DNA of 64,000 nt from Clostridiaceae bacterium (GCA_016285645.1 JAEERC010000044.1:35040-99039); one strand, 5' to 3'. Counted from the stretch's first letter, positions 48,352 to 58,940 are shown. The notes: generated from the letters alone by a model not told the origin. Numbers and translations are program-made.

Positions 48352-48354
48352 CAG

Positions 48355-48923
48355 AAAATCCACCCGATAAGGGTGGATTTTTCAATGAGCAGTGAGGAGT
48401 GAGAAGTGAGGAATTGAGGGAGGGCTGCGCCCTCACCCGTTTATATGTCCTCGCGGACGTCCTTGCGGCGGGCGGATAATATCCGCCCCTACGGCGGCAA
48501 AACCTTGTTTTGCCCGGAACGCCGAACGGCGTTCCCTACGCGGCGGCTTTGGGGAAAGCCGCCCTACGGTTACAACAAGATTCATATAGTTTGCAGGGCG
48601 GGATGACCACATCCCGCCGTTTATAGAAATCAAAATTTCCCTCCGTCGTGGGCTCCTCCTTTGGGGGTGCGGGTTCCCGGTGGGAACCTCTGCCGAAGGC
48701 AGAAGCACCGACCGAGCCGGCAGGCGAGACAGGTGGCACGGTGTTGCAATGCAACATCGTGACGGAAGGAGTCTGCATATGTTTTGTCCTCGCGGACATC
48801 CTTGTTGCGGGCGGATAATATCCGCCCCTACGGCATATAATCGGCACAAAGTGCCCCTTAACTACTCATTTCTCCTTTCTCATTACTCATTACATAAAAA
48901 ATCCACCCGATAAGGGTGGATTT
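48355..48923. mobile_element. Putative non-autonomous REP/heptamer element (cluster E, 48381-48897) flanked by a 26-bp duplicated terminator
   Basis: AAAATCCACCCGATAAGGGTGGATTT at 48355-48380 and 48898-48923; inward heptamer tracts; GTAG-tagged palindromes homologous to cluster A. Confidence 0.7.
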
Positions 48924-48929
48924 GTTTTT

Positions 48930-49400
48930 TCAGTCTTCGAATGTGTCGTCCTTGTTTTTCTTTGTTTTCTTTCTCTTTGCCTTGCCGGCTTCCGCGGCTT
49001 CCTCAATCTTCTTGTTTTTCTCCGCTTCCGCCGCTTCCTTTGCAGCCGCCTTCTCGGCTTCCGCCTTTTCCATGGCGGTATTGTTGGTTGAAACCGCCCA
49101 GCGCGTAATCTTCATTTTGTTGCGGTCCGCGCCCGTTTCAATAACAAGAGAATCCTCTTTTACGGTTACGACTCTGCCCATAATGCCGCCGATTGTGGTT
49201 ATTTCATCGCCGACCTGGATGCTGTCGCGCATCTCCTGCTCCTGCTGCTGCTTTTTCTTCTGCGGTCTTATCATAATGAAATACATTACCGCGAACATCG
49301 CGACAAGCATGATTATCATTGTGTAGCTTGATTTACCGTTGGCTGTGGTTGTGGTGGTTCCACCGCCGAATAAAAGGGGCATTGTTGTTAAGAAATTCAT
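48930..49400 (-). CDS. yajC: Preprotein translocase subunit YajC
   Basis: MYFIMIRPQKKKQ, GDEITTIGGIMGRV, I.RWAV; ATG 49400 after GGAGG. Confidence 0.93.
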   Translation of the reverse strand: MNFLTTMPLLFGGGTTTTTANGKSSYTMIIMLVAMFAVMYFIMIRPQKKKQQQEQEMRDSIQVGDEITTIGGIMGRVVTVKEDSLVIETGADRNKMKITRWAVSTNNTAMEKAEAEKAAAKEAAEAEKNKKIEEAAEAGKAKRKKTKKNKDDTFED

Positions 49401-49467
49401 ATATTTACCTCCAAAAATACTGCAAGTAATTATACAGTATAGATTGAAATTATGCAAGCATTATTTT

Positions 49468-50598
49468 TCATATTCTCGTGTCGAGTTTTTCGGTGTTTTC
49501 TCTGCGGAATTCGTCGAAGGTGCCGTTGTCAATCGAATCGCGTACGCGCCTCAAAAGATTGTTGTAAAAATAGAGATTGTGAATGACGCAAAGGCGCATT
49601 GCCAGCATTTCGCCGCACTTAAAGAGGTGGCGGATGTAGGAGCGCGAGAAGTTTCGGCAGGTGGGGCACCCGCAGGAGGGGTCAATCGGGCTTTCATCGC
49701 GCTCGTATTTTTTATTGTTCAGATTGATAATGCCCCCGTTTGTGAAAAGGTGGCCGTGGCGCGCGTTCCTGCTGGGCATAACGCAGTCAAAAAGGTCAAC
49801 TCCCCTTGAGACCGCCTCGATTATATTTCCGGGTGTGCCGACACCCATAAGATAGCGTATTTTATCCTTCGGGGCAAAGGGCTCGACCACTGAGATTATG
49901 TGGTACATAACCTCCTTCGGCTCACCCACGGCAAGCCCGCCTATGGCGTAGCCGTCAAGCTCCATTTCGGCTATTCTTTTCATATTGTCGCTTCGCAGGT
50001 CGTCGTAGGTGGCGCCCTGGTTTATGCCGAATAAAAGCTGGTTTTTATTGATTGTTTCGGGCAGGGAGTTGAGGCGCTTCATTTCCGCCTTGCAGCGCTC
50101 AAGCCAGCGCTCGGTTCTCGCGCAGCTCTCCTTAGCGTAGGAGTATTCGGCGGGGTTTTCGACACATTCGTCAAACGCCATGGCTATTGTTGAGCCGAGG
50201 TGCGACTGAATCCGCATACTCTCCTCGGGGCCCATAAATATTTTTCTGCCGTCCACGTGGGAGTTGAACGAGACGCCCTCCTCCTTTATTTTGCGAAGCT
50301 GAGCGAGCGAAAACACCTGAAAGCCGCCGCTGTCGGTGAGAATGGGACCGTCCCAGCGGGTGAATTTGTGAAGCCCGCCCATATCGTAAACAACATCGTC
50401 GCCGGGTCTTACGTGAAGATGATAGGTGTTGCTGAGCATTACCTGACAGCCGATTTCCTTTAAATCAAAGGCGGAAAGAGCGCCCTTTATGGCTCCGCAG
50501 GTGGCAACGTTCATAAACGCGGGGGTCTGAAATGTTCCGTGAACGGTTTCAAACTCTCCCCTTCTCGCCGAGCCCTGTGTTTTAAGAAGTTTAAACAT
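49468..50598 (-). CDS. tgt: tRNA-guanine transglycosylase
   Basis: QTPAFMNVAT, SNTYHL, LTDSGGFQVFSL, GGLAVGE, FDCVMP, CGCPTC..H. Confidence 0.97.
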   Translation of the reverse strand: MFKLLKTQGSARRGEFETVHGTFQTPAFMNVATCGAIKGALSAFDLKEIGCQVMLSNTYHLHVRPGDDVVYDMGGLHKFTRWDGPILTDSGGFQVFSLAQLRKIKEEGVSFNSHVDGRKIFMGPEESMRIQSHLGSTIAMAFDECVENPAEYSYAKESCARTERWLERCKAEMKRLNSLPETINKNQLLFGINQGATYDDLRSDNMKRIAEMELDGYAIGGLAVGEPKEVMYHIISVVEPFAPKDKIRYLMGVGTPGNIIEAVSRGVDLFDCVMPSRNARHGHLFTNGGIINLNNKKYERDESPIDPSCGCPTCRNFSRSYIRHLFKCGEMLAMRLCVIHNLYFYNNLLRRVRDSIDNGTFDEFRRENTEKLDTRI

Positions 50599-50611
50599 AA
50601 ATCCTCCGGTT

Positions 50612-51637
50612 TCAGATAATCAGCATGGCGTCGCCCAGCGAGAAAAATCTGTAGCGCTCCGCGACCGCGACCTTATAGGCGTTCATAGTGTTTTCATAGC
50701 CGCAGAAGGCGCTTACAAGCATAATAAGCGTGCTCTCGGGCAGGTGGAAATTTGTTATGAGGGCGTCAATGCATTTGAACTCAAAGCCGGGATAGATAAA
50801 GATATCCGTCTCGCCCTCGTCCTCGCGGATTTCGCCGTATTTCGCAGCCACGGATTCAAGTGTTCTCGTGCAGGTTGTGCCCACGGCGAAGACCCTGCCG
50901 CCGTTTTTCTTTGTTTCATTTATTATATCGGCGGTATCCCTTGAAACAAAGTATTTTTCGGTGTGCATATGGTGGTCTTCTATGTTCTCCGCCTTGACGG
51001 GTCTGAATGTGCCCAGACCCACATGAAGGGTCACGAACGAGACCTTTACGCCCATATCCCTTATTTCATCGAGGAGGGCCGGCGTGAAATGAAGCCCCGC
51101 TGTGGGAGCCGCAGCGCTGCCGTTTATTTTCGCGTAAACGGTCTGGTATCTTTCGGGGTCCTCGAGTTTTTTCGTTATATAGTGCGGAAGCGGCATTTCG
51201 CCGATTCTGTCGAGTGTTTCATAGAAATTGTTTTCATATTCAAAGCGGGCTATTCTGTTGCCGTCGGGCAGAACCTCAATTATCTCTGCCTTCATAAGCC
51301 CGTCTCCGAATATGAATCTGTGACCCTCGCGCGCCTTTTTGCCGGGGCCTGTTATAACCTCCCAGTCGCTCTCGGTTTTGCGCTTGAGCAGAAGGAACTC
51401 GACGGTCGCTCCCGTGTCCTCCCTCACGCCGTAAAGACGGGCGGGAATAACTCTTGTATCGTTTAAAATAAGGCAGTCGCCGGGTCTGAAATACCCTTTT
51501 ATATCCCTGAAAATTTTATGTTCGATTTTGCCGTTTTCCCTGCCGAGCACAAGCAGGCGGGAGGAATCTCTCGGCTCAACGGGAGACTGAGCGATAAGCT
51601 CCTCGGGCAGGTCGTAAAAGAAATCGCTTTTTTTCAT
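50612..51637 (-). CDS. queA: S-adenosylmethionine:tRNA ribosyltransferase-isomerase
   Basis: [51 protein letters not shown]. Confidence 0.97.
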   Translation of the reverse strand: MKKSDFFYDLPEELIAQSPVEPRDSSRLLVLGRENGKIEHKIFRDIKGYFRPGDCLILNDTRVIPARLYGVREDTGATVEFLLLKRKTESDWEVITGPGKKAREGHRFIFGDGLMKAEIIEVLPDGNRIARFEYENNFYETLDRIGEMPLPHYITKKLEDPERYQTVYAKINGSAAAPTAGLHFTPALLDEIRDMGVKVSFVTLHVGLGTFRPVKAENIEDHHMHTEKYFVSRDTADIINETKKNGGRVFAVGTTCTRTLESVAAKYGEIREDEGETDIFIYPGFEFKCIDALITNFHLPESTLIMLVSAFCGYENTMNAYKVAVAERYRFFSLGDAMLII

Positions 51638-51820
51638 TGATTATCCCCAAAAATGTTTCAAAAATTTTATTAATTTCTACAATATATTGTTTGACATAAA
51701 AGAATTATAATGATAAACTATAAAATTGAATTATTTATTTTGTGCGTAATATTTTCAAGTTATTATAAATCATAACCGCAGAAATTACAACACAAAAGTT
51801 TTCGAAAGAAGGATTTGATT

Positions 51821-52912
51821 ATGAAACATTACAGAGTCGGTATTGTCGGCGCTACCGGTATGGTCGGTCAGCGTTTCGCCACACTGCTTGAAAACCACCC
51901 CTGGTTTGAGGTTGTAGCCCTCGCGGCAAGCGCGCGCTCGGCAGGCAAAACCTACAAGGAAGCCGTCGGCGCCAAATGGTGCATGGCAAACCCCATTCCC
52001 GCGAATATGGAGAACATTGTTGTTATGGACGCCGCGGCGGACATAGACAGGATTACCGAAATGGTTGACTTCGTTTTCTGCGCGGTTGATATGAAGAAGG
52101 ATGAAATCAAGGCGCTCGAAAAGGAATACGCCCTTCACGAATGCCCCGTTATCTCAAACAACAGCGCCAACAGGCACACTCCCGATGTTCCGATGATTGT
52201 TCCCGAGCTCAACCCCGACCACGCGAAAATCATTGAGGCGCAGAAAAAGCACCTCGGCACAAAGAGGGGCTTCATAGCTGTCAAATCCAACTGCTCGCTC
52301 CAGAGCTATGTTCCCGCCCTTTTCCCGCTGCACGAAAAATTCGGCGTAAAGGATGTACTTGTGTGCACATATCAGGCGATATCCGGCGCGGGCAAAACCT
52401 TTGAGAGATGGCCCGAGATGGTCGATAACGTAATCCCCTTCATCGGCGGCGAGGAAGAAAAATCCGAAATCGAACCCCTCAAGATATTCGGCAAAATCGA
52501 AGGCGAGGAAATCGTTCCCGCGACAAAGCCCAACTTCACGGCTCAGTGCCTGAGAGTTGCCTGCTCGGACGGCCACATGGCGGCTGTTTTCGCGAGATTT
52601 GACAAAAAGCCCTCCAAGGAAGAGATTCTCGATATATGGAAGAGCTATAAGGGCTATCCGCAGGAGGCGGAACTTCCCAGCGCTCCCAAACAGTTCCTCA
52701 ACTACTTTGAGGAGGACAATCTCCCCCAGACAAAACTCCAGCGCAATCTCGAAGGCGGCATGGCGATTTCAATCGGCCGTCTGCGTGAAGATACACAGTA
52801 TGACTACAAATTCGTCTGCCTTTCACACAACACCCTTCGCGGTGCGGCGGGCGGCGCCGTGCTTATGGCGGAACAGCTCTGCAACCAGGGCTATATCGAA
52901 ACCAAATTTTAA
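51821..52912 (+). CDS. asd: Aspartate-semialdehyde dehydrogenase
   Basis: GIVGATGMVGQRF, KSNCS, QAISGAG, SHNTLRGAAG. Confidence 0.95.
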   Translation: MKHYRVGIVGATGMVGQRFATLLENHPWFEVVALAASARSAGKTYKEAVGAKWCMANPIPANMENIVVMDAAADIDRITEMVDFVFCAVDMKKDEIKALEKEYALHECPVISNNSANRHTPDVPMIVPELNPDHAKIIEAQKKHLGTKRGFIAVKSNCSLQSYVPALFPLHEKFGVKDVLVCTYQAISGAGKTFERWPEMVDNVIPFIGGEEEKSEIEPLKIFGKIEGEEIVPATKPNFTAQCLRVACSDGHMAAVFARFDKKPSKEEILDIWKSYKGYPQEAELPSAPKQFLNYFEEDNLPQTKLQRNLEGGMAISIGRLREDTQYDYKFVCLSHNTLRGAAGGAVLMAEQLCNQGYIETKF

Positions 52913-52936
52913 TTAACTCACAGTGAGGTAAAACTT

Positions 52937-53827
52937 ATGAAACCCGTTGTATTCACAGGCGCGGGCGTTGCCATCATTACGCCCTTCAATGAAGACTGCA
53001 CCGTAAACTACGACCGTTTCGCTCAGATTATCGAGGATCAGATAGCCGGCGGCACGGACGCCATAGTTGTATGCGGCACCACAGGCGAGAGCGCGACCCT
53101 CAACCACGAGGAGCACATCGACGTTATCAAATACTGCGTTGATGTTGTAAACCACAGAATACCCGTTATAGCGGGCGCGGGCAGCAACGAGACGGAATAC
53201 GCCGTGCGTCTTTCCAACGACGCCGAAAAAGCGGGCGTTGACGCTCTTCTCTCCGTTACCCCCTACTACAACAAAACATCGCAGCGCGGTCTTGTTGCCC
53301 ACTACAATTTCATAGCGGACAGAGTCAGCGCCCCGATTATCCTTTACAATGTTCCCTCAAGAACGGGCGTTAACATCAAACCCGAAACCTACGCTCAGCT
53401 CGCTCAGCACAAGAGAATCGTAGCCACCAAGGAAGCAAACGGCAACCTCTCCGAAATAGTCAAGACCGTTGCTCTTTGCGGCGACGACCTCACAATTTAC
53501 TCGGGCGATGACGACCAGACAACAGCCATTATGTCACTCGGCGGCAAGGGCGTTATTTCCGTGCTTTCAAATGTCGCCCCCGCGGCGGCTCACGGCATCG
53601 CTCAGGCGGCACTCGACGGCGACTTCGCGTTAAGCCGCAAGCTTCAGGTTGAATGGCTCGACGTCTGCAACAATATGTTCATTGATGTCAACCCCATCCC
53701 CGTCAAGGAAGCGATGAATATGATGGGTATGAATGTCGGCCCCTGCCGTCTTCCTCTCTATGAGATGGATGACGCGTCCAAAGAAAAACTCTACGCCTCC
53801 CTCAAAAAGCACAATCTCGTAAAATAA
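52937..53827 (+). CDS. dapA: 4-hydroxy-tetrahydrodipicolinate synthase
   Basis: CGTTGES, PYYNK, LYNVPSRTG, TKEA, YSGDD, NPIPVK. Confidence 0.96.
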   Translation: MKPVVFTGAGVAIITPFNEDCTVNYDRFAQIIEDQIAGGTDAIVVCGTTGESATLNHEEHIDVIKYCVDVVNHRIPVIAGAGSNETEYAVRLSNDAEKAGVDALLSVTPYYNKTSQRGLVAHYNFIADRVSAPIILYNVPSRTGVNIKPETYAQLAQHKRIVATKEANGNLSEIVKTVALCGDDLTIYSGDDDQTTAIMSLGGKGVISVLSNVAPAAAHGIAQAALDGDFALSRKLQVEWLDVCNNMFIDVNPIPVKEAMNMMGMNVGPCRLPLYEMDDASKEKLYASLKKHNLVK

Positions 53828-53844
53828 AATCAGGAGCGGTTTTT

Positions 53845-54612
53845 ATGACAGGTATTTTACTCTGCGGCGCTCTCGGCAAAATGGGCAGAGCGGTATGCGC
53901 CAAAGCCGCTGAAAGCGACGGCTTCACCGTTGTTGCGGGCATAGATATAGCGAGCGCGAAGGATGTTGATTTTCCCGTATATGCCGATTTCGGTATGATT
54001 CCCGAAAAGGTGTTAAAGAAAATCGACGTTGTAATCGATTTTTCAAATCCCGCGCTGTTTGACAGTCTGCTTAAATTCTTATTAAAGAACAAGAAGCCCG
54101 CGGTCATAGCCACAACGGGTTTAAGCGAGGAGCAGATTGTAAAACTCAAATCCGCCGCCTACGAAATTCCCGTTTTCTTCAGCGCGAATATGTCACTCGG
54201 CGTGAATCTTGTGTGCGAGCTCTCCCGCAGGGCGGCGAAAGCCCTCGGCGGGGATTTCGACATTGAGATTCTTGAGATGCACCACAACCAGAAGGTTGAC
54301 GCGCCGAGCGGCACGGCTCTTATGATTGCCGACAGCATTTCCTCAGCGCTTGAGACAAAGCCCGTATATGAATACGACAGGCACTCAAAGCGTGAGAAAC
54401 GCACGAAGAACGAAATAGGCATTCAGTCGATAAGAGGCGGCAATATCACGGGCGAGCACCAGGTTATTTTCGCGGGCAACGACGAGATTATAACAATCTC
54501 CCACTCCGCGAGAAGCAAAACGCTGTTCGCTTCGGGCGCTCTCAACGCGGCAAAGATGATAACCGGCAAGGAAAACGGTCTTTACACAATGAAAGAACTC
54601 ATTGACGGCTGA
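53845..54612 (+). CDS. dapB: 4-hydroxy-tetrahydrodipicolinate reductase
   Basis: GALGKMG, VIDFS, IATTG, EMHHNQKVDAPSGTA, H.VIF, FASGAL.AA. Confidence 0.96.
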   Translation: MTGILLCGALGKMGRAVCAKAAESDGFTVVAGIDIASAKDVDFPVYADFGMIPEKVLKKIDVVIDFSNPALFDSLLKFLLKNKKPAVIATTGLSEEQIVKLKSAAYEIPVFFSANMSLGVNLVCELSRRAAKALGGDFDIEILEMHHNQKVDAPSGTALMIADSISSALETKPVYEYDRHSKREKRTKNEIGIQSIRGGNITGEHQVIFAGNDEIITISHSARSKTLFASGALNAAKMITGKENGLYTMKELIDG

Positions 54613-54624
54613 GAGGAGTAAACA

Positions 54625-55089
54625 ATGAAAATCATTGACAATATAACCGTATATGATGAAATCACCCTTATCGGCATAAGCAACACCTCCGCCGACATTG
54701 AGCACATAGCGAGGGTTTTCAATATGTTTGCCGAGGCGGACATCAATGTTGACATGATTTCGCAGCTGCCTCCCGGAGGAGCGAATTCGGGTTTCTCGTT
54801 CACGGTGGGCGACAGCGACTTTGTAAAGGTTCTCGCAATCTGCGCGGAACTTCGCAAATTGAACAGCGAAATTAAAATCAGCGTAAGCAGCGGCAACACA
54901 AAAATTTCCGTATCGGGCGAGGCAATGCGCGATTTAAGCGGCGTAGCGGCAAAGATATTCACCGCCGCGGCAAAGGCGAACGCCGATGTGAGAATGATTA
55001 CCACCTCCGAAACGGATGTTTCCCTGCTCGTGGTGAGCACCGATTCCGAAAGCGTTGTAAAATCAATTGAAAACGCCTTCAGCGAATAA
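54625..55089 (+). CDS. Stand-alone double ACT-domain protein (aspartokinase regulatory/beta-subunit-like)
   Basis: F...A.A.INVDMISQ, KISVSGEAMR..SGVAAKIF, MITTSE..VS.LV as in LysC C-terminus. Confidence 0.82.
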   Translation: MKIIDNITVYDEITLIGISNTSADIEHIARVFNMFAEADINVDMISQLPPGGANSGFSFTVGDSDFVKVLAICAELRKLNSEIKISVSSGNTKISVSGEAMRDLSGVAAKIFTAAAKANADVRMITTSETDVSLLVVSTDSESVVKSIENAFSE

Positions 55090-55109
55090 TTTAAGTTCAT
55101 AAAAGATTA

Positions 55110-55140
55110 ACGGCTTACAGAGAAATCTGCAAGCCGTTTT
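55110..55140. terminator. Bidirectional terminator
   Basis: aacggctt-acagagaaatctgc-aagccgtttt between convergent operons. Confidence 0.7.
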
Positions 55141-55142
55141 TG

Positions 55143-57035
55143 TTATTCGAGTTCGAACGCTCCGGTGTATAAATCGTAATACACTCCGCGTTTCTCAATA
55201 AGCGCTTTGTGGTCGCCGCGCTCGATAATCGAGCCGTGGTCGAGCACCATAATAACATCGGAGTTCCTGACAGTTGAAAGGCGGTGGGCTATTACAAACA
55301 CCGTTCTGCCCTCCATAAGCTTGTCCATTCCGCGCTGGACTATCGCCTCGGTTCTCGTGTCGATTGAGGAGGTCGCCTCGTCGAGAATCATAACGGGAGG
55401 GTTCGCGACCGCCGCGCGGGCTATCGATATAAGCTGCCTCTGCCCCTGCGACAGATTGGAGCCGTTGTTTGTAAGCACGGTTTTGTAGCCGTCGGGCAGT
55501 CGGGTTATGAAGCCGTCCGCGCCCGCGAGTTCAGCCGCCTTAACGCATTCCTCATCGGTGGCGTCGAGGTTTCCGTACCTTATGTTGTCAAGTACCGTGC
55601 CCGTGAAAAGATTGGTCTCCTGCAGAACCACTCCTAGAGAGCGGCGCAGGTCGGATTTCTTTATTTTATTGATGTTTATTCCGTCATATCTTATTTTGCC
55701 GTCTGCTATGTCGTAAAACCTGTTTATGAGGTTTGTGATTGTTGTTTTGCCCGCTCCCGTGGCGCCCACGAAAGCCACCTTCTGACCGGGTTTGGCGTAA
55801 ACGGAAATGTTGTGAAGAACCTCCTTGCCCTCAACATAGGAGAAATCGACCTCATTGAGAGTGACATCACCCATAAGGCGTGTGTAGGAGAGAGTGCCGT
55901 CGCCGTGGGGATGCTTCCACGCCCACTTGCCGGTGTATTTTTCACTCTCGGTGATTGTGCCGTCATCCGCGACTTCGGCGTTTACGAGCGTCACATAGCC
56001 CTCGTCGGGCTCGGGCTCCTCATCCATAAGCGAGAATATACGCTGCGCTCCCGCCATGGCCATAACAACGGCGTTAATCTGCTGGCTGACATTGTTGATG
56101 TTGCCCGTGAACTGCTTTGTCATATTCATAAACGGAACGAGTATGCTTATTCCGAAAGCCATACCGGAAATGCTGACATTCTTTATATCCGTCAAAAGGA
56201 GCAGACCGCCCACCGTGGCGGTGAGAACATAGAGAAGGTTGCCGATATTCATAATAACGGGGGCTAAAATGTTCGCGTAGGCGTGCGCCTTGAAGCTGTC
56301 GCGGAAGAGCGCCTCGTTCGTCTCCCTGAAGCCGTCCTTCGCCTGTTCCTCGTGGCAGAAGACCTTTATCACCTTGCTGCCGTTCATCATTTCCTGAATG
56401 AAGCCCTCCGCCTTGCCCGTGGATATCTGCTGGCGCATAAAGTATTTTGCCGAGCCGCCGCCGAATTTTTTGGAAACGAGCATCATCACAGCCGCTCCGA
56501 AAACTATGAGAATCGTCATCCACAAACTGTAATAGAGCATTATTCCGAACACCACGGCAACTATAACGGCGGAGTTTATAAGCTGCGGCATTGCCCTTGA
56601 AATCAACTCGCGGACGGCGTCGGTGTCGTTTGTGTAGCGGCTCATTATGTCGCCGTGCTTGTTTTGGTCAAAGAATCTTACGGGAAGGTTCTGCATACCG
56701 TCAAACATAGTGCGCCTTATTCTGTCGAGGAAGCCCTGCGTGATGTAAGCCATAAGCTGGTTGTAAACCGCCACCGAGCAGAGCGAGAGAAAATACATAA
56801 AGGCGAGTTTTAAAATGAGGGGCAGTATCTGCGCCTTCGCGCCCGCCCAGTCGCCCGCGAGATAGCACTGCTCCACAACGGCGAAAATCTTCTGGTTGAA
56901 TATAGCCGGCAGGCACGAGCATACCGCGGAAAACACAATGCAGGCAACGGTTACCGGCATAAGCACCGGGAAAAAGCCGAAGAGCATTTTAAAGAGCCGT
57001 TTGAGAACGGCGGGGCTGACGTTTTCTTTATTCAT
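55143..57035 (-). CDS. Heterodimeric ABC exporter subunit (canonical Walker B)
   Basis: GATGAGKT, LSQGQRQ, ILDEATSSID, IAHRLST. Confidence 0.93.
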   Translation of the reverse strand: MNKENVSPAVLKRLFKMLFGFFPVLMPVTVACIVFSAVCSCLPAIFNQKIFAVVEQCYLAGDWAGAKAQILPLILKLAFMYFLSLCSVAVYNQLMAYITQGFLDRIRRTMFDGMQNLPVRFFDQNKHGDIMSRYTNDTDAVRELISRAMPQLINSAVIVAVVFGIMLYYSLWMTILIVFGAAVMMLVSKKFGGGSAKYFMRQQISTGKAEGFIQEMMNGSKVIKVFCHEEQAKDGFRETNEALFRDSFKAHAYANILAPVIMNIGNLLYVLTATVGGLLLLTDIKNVSISGMAFGISILVPFMNMTKQFTGNINNVSQQINAVVMAMAGAQRIFSLMDEEPEPDEGYVTLVNAEVADDGTITESEKYTGKWAWKHPHGDGTLSYTRLMGDVTLNEVDFSYVEGKEVLHNISVYAKPGQKVAFVGATGAGKTTITNLINRFYDIADGKIRYDGININKIKKSDLRRSLGVVLQETNLFTGTVLDNIRYGNLDATDEECVKAAELAGADGFITRLPDGYKTVLTNNGSNLSQGQRQLISIARAAVANPPVMILDEATSSIDTRTEAIVQRGMDKLMEGRTVFVIAHRLSTVRNSDVIMVLDHGSIIERGDHKALIEKRGVYYDLYTGAFELE

Positions 57036-58776
57036 CGCCGTCACCTCCGTTCACCTGCCTCGAATAGATATCGCGGTAGATTTCGTTGGTCTCAAGGAGT
57101 TCTTTATGCGTGCCCGTACCGTTTATTCTGCCGCCGTCCATAACGATTATCAAATCGGCGTCCTCAACGGACGAGACTCTCTGCGCGATAATAAGTTTGG
57201 TCGTTTCGGGGATGTATTCCTTGAAACTCTTTCGGATAAACGCGTCCGTTCTTGTGTCAACGGCGCTGGTGGAATCGTCGAGAATGAGGATTTTCGGCTT
57301 TTTGAGAAGCGCTCTGGCAATACACAGGCGCTGTTTCTGACCGCCCGAAACATTGGTGCCGCCCTGCTCAATCATTGTCTCATACCCGTCCGGGAAGGAC
57401 ATAACAAAATCGTGAGCGCAGGCGAGCTTGCAGGCGTCCTCAAGTTCCTCCTGCGTGGCTTCGGGATTGCCCCACCTGAGGTTTTCGGCTATTGTGCCCG
57501 AGAACAGAAGGTTCTTCTGAAGCACCATGGCAACGCTGTCGCGTATGGTGTCAAGCGAATAATTCTTTACATTTATTCCGCCCACTTTCACCGCGCCCTC
57601 GCCCTCACCGAGATCGTAGAGGCGGGGAATCAACTGCACAAGCGAGGATTTGCCCGAGCCCGTGCCGCCGAGAATGCCGACGGTCATTCCCGAGTCAATG
57701 TGAATATTTATATCCTTGAGCGAGTAGTTTTCGGAGTTTTTGGAATATCTGTAATTGACGTTCTCAAAATCGATTGAGCCGTCCTTCACCTGTGTTACGG
57801 GGTTTTCGGGCTCGGTTATGGCGGGCTCCTCACCGAGCACCTCGCACACTCTCTTTATCGATTCAACCGAGATTGTGATAATAACGAAAATAAGCGAGAG
57901 CATCATAAGACTGAGCATTATCTGCATACCGTAGGTGAGCATTGCCGACATCTGCCCCACATTCACGGTCGCTCCCCTGCTCTGTACTGTAAGCTTTGAG
58001 CCGATGAGCATAACGAAAATCATATTGGCGTAAACGCACACCTGAAGTATGGGCGCGTTGAGGGCGACGATTCTTTCGGCGAAGGTGAAGTCTTTTCTTA
58101 TGTTGTCGGAGGCGGAGGCGAACTTTTCCTTTTCGTACTCCTCGCGCGAAAAGCCCTTGACCACTCTCATAGCGCGGACGTTTTCCTCAATGGATTCGTT
58201 CAATTTGTCGTATTTTCTGAAGACCCTTCTGAAAGCGGGCATCGCCTTTTTTGCTACAAGCCAGAGCCCCGTTGCCATAAACGGAACAATAATCACGAAG
58301 GACATGGCGAGCATACCGCCCATACGGTAAGCCATGATTATCGCGAAAACAATCATAAGCGGAGCGCGCACGGCGGTTCTTATTATCATCATATAGGACA
58401 TCTGTATATTGTTGATGTCGGTTGTCATTCTTGTTACAAGCGAGGATGAGGAGAACCTGTCGATATTGTCAAACGAGAAGGTCTGCACCTTGTCGAAAAT
58501 ATCCTGCCTTAAATTCTTGGCGAAACCCGCCGACGCCTTGGCGCAGGTAAAGCCGGCTATGCCGCCGCAGGTGAGCGACGCGGCAGCCATAACGGTAAGG
58601 ATGATGCCCGTTTTAACAACATAGGATATCTCCTCGCCCGCCTCTATTCTGTTTACAAGGTCGGCGGTCATAAACGGGATGAACACCTCTATTATGACCT
58701 CGGCAGTAATAAAGAAAAGCGTTACAAGGGAAAGATTTTTGTATTCGCGCACGCTTTTGAGAAGCTGCTTTACCAA
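57028..58776 (-). CDS. Heterodimeric ABC exporter subunit (degenerate Walker B)
   Basis: GGTGSGKS, VSGGQKQR, ILDDSTSAVD, IAQR: degenerate-site pattern of TM287/288-type exporters. Confidence 0.93.
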   Translation of the reverse strand: MVKQLLKSVREYKNLSLVTLFFITAEVIIEVFIPFMTADLVNRIEAGEEISYVVKTGIILTVMAAASLTCGGIAGFTCAKASAGFAKNLRQDIFDKVQTFSFDNIDRFSSSSLVTRMTTDINNIQMSYMMIIRTAVRAPLMIVFAIIMAYRMGGMLAMSFVIIVPFMATGLWLVAKKAMPAFRRVFRKYDKLNESIEENVRAMRVVKGFSREEYEKEKFASASDNIRKDFTFAERIVALNAPILQVCVYANMIFVMLIGSKLTVQSRGATVNVGQMSAMLTYGMQIMLSLMMLSLIFVIITISVESIKRVCEVLGEEPAITEPENPVTQVKDGSIDFENVNYRYSKNSENYSLKDINIHIDSGMTVGILGGTGSGKSSLVQLIPRLYDLGEGEGAVKVGGINVKNYSLDTIRDSVAMVLQKNLLFSGTIAENLRWGNPEATQEELEDACKLACAHDFVMSFPDGYETMIEQGGTNVSGGQKQRLCIARALLKKPKILILDDSTSAVDTRTDAFIRKSFKEYIPETTKLIIAQRVSSVEDADLIIVMDGGRINGTGTHKELLETNEIYRDIYSRQVNGGDGDE

Positions 58777-58940
58777 TTAACTGCCCTCCTTTCGGATATT
58801 ACGGAAAATGATTATAATGCAAATATTTTTTAATTGCAATACACTATTTTTATAAAATAAGATAAATGTTTCTCAATATATTTGATTAATAAATATATAT
58901 GTGTTATAATGATATGAAATTTGTAAAGAGGACCGGTTTT

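Noticed and set aside
25469-48897. Small ORFs inside repeat clusters (e.g. 25597-25870, 27956-28258, 34298-34982, 41666-41962, 48433-48913) and an integron attC reading of the clusters
   Set aside because: ORFs lack SD sites, overlap on both strands and simply translate palindromic DNA. The clusters lack attC R'/R'' boxes, mostly lie between convergent genes, and no integrase is present.
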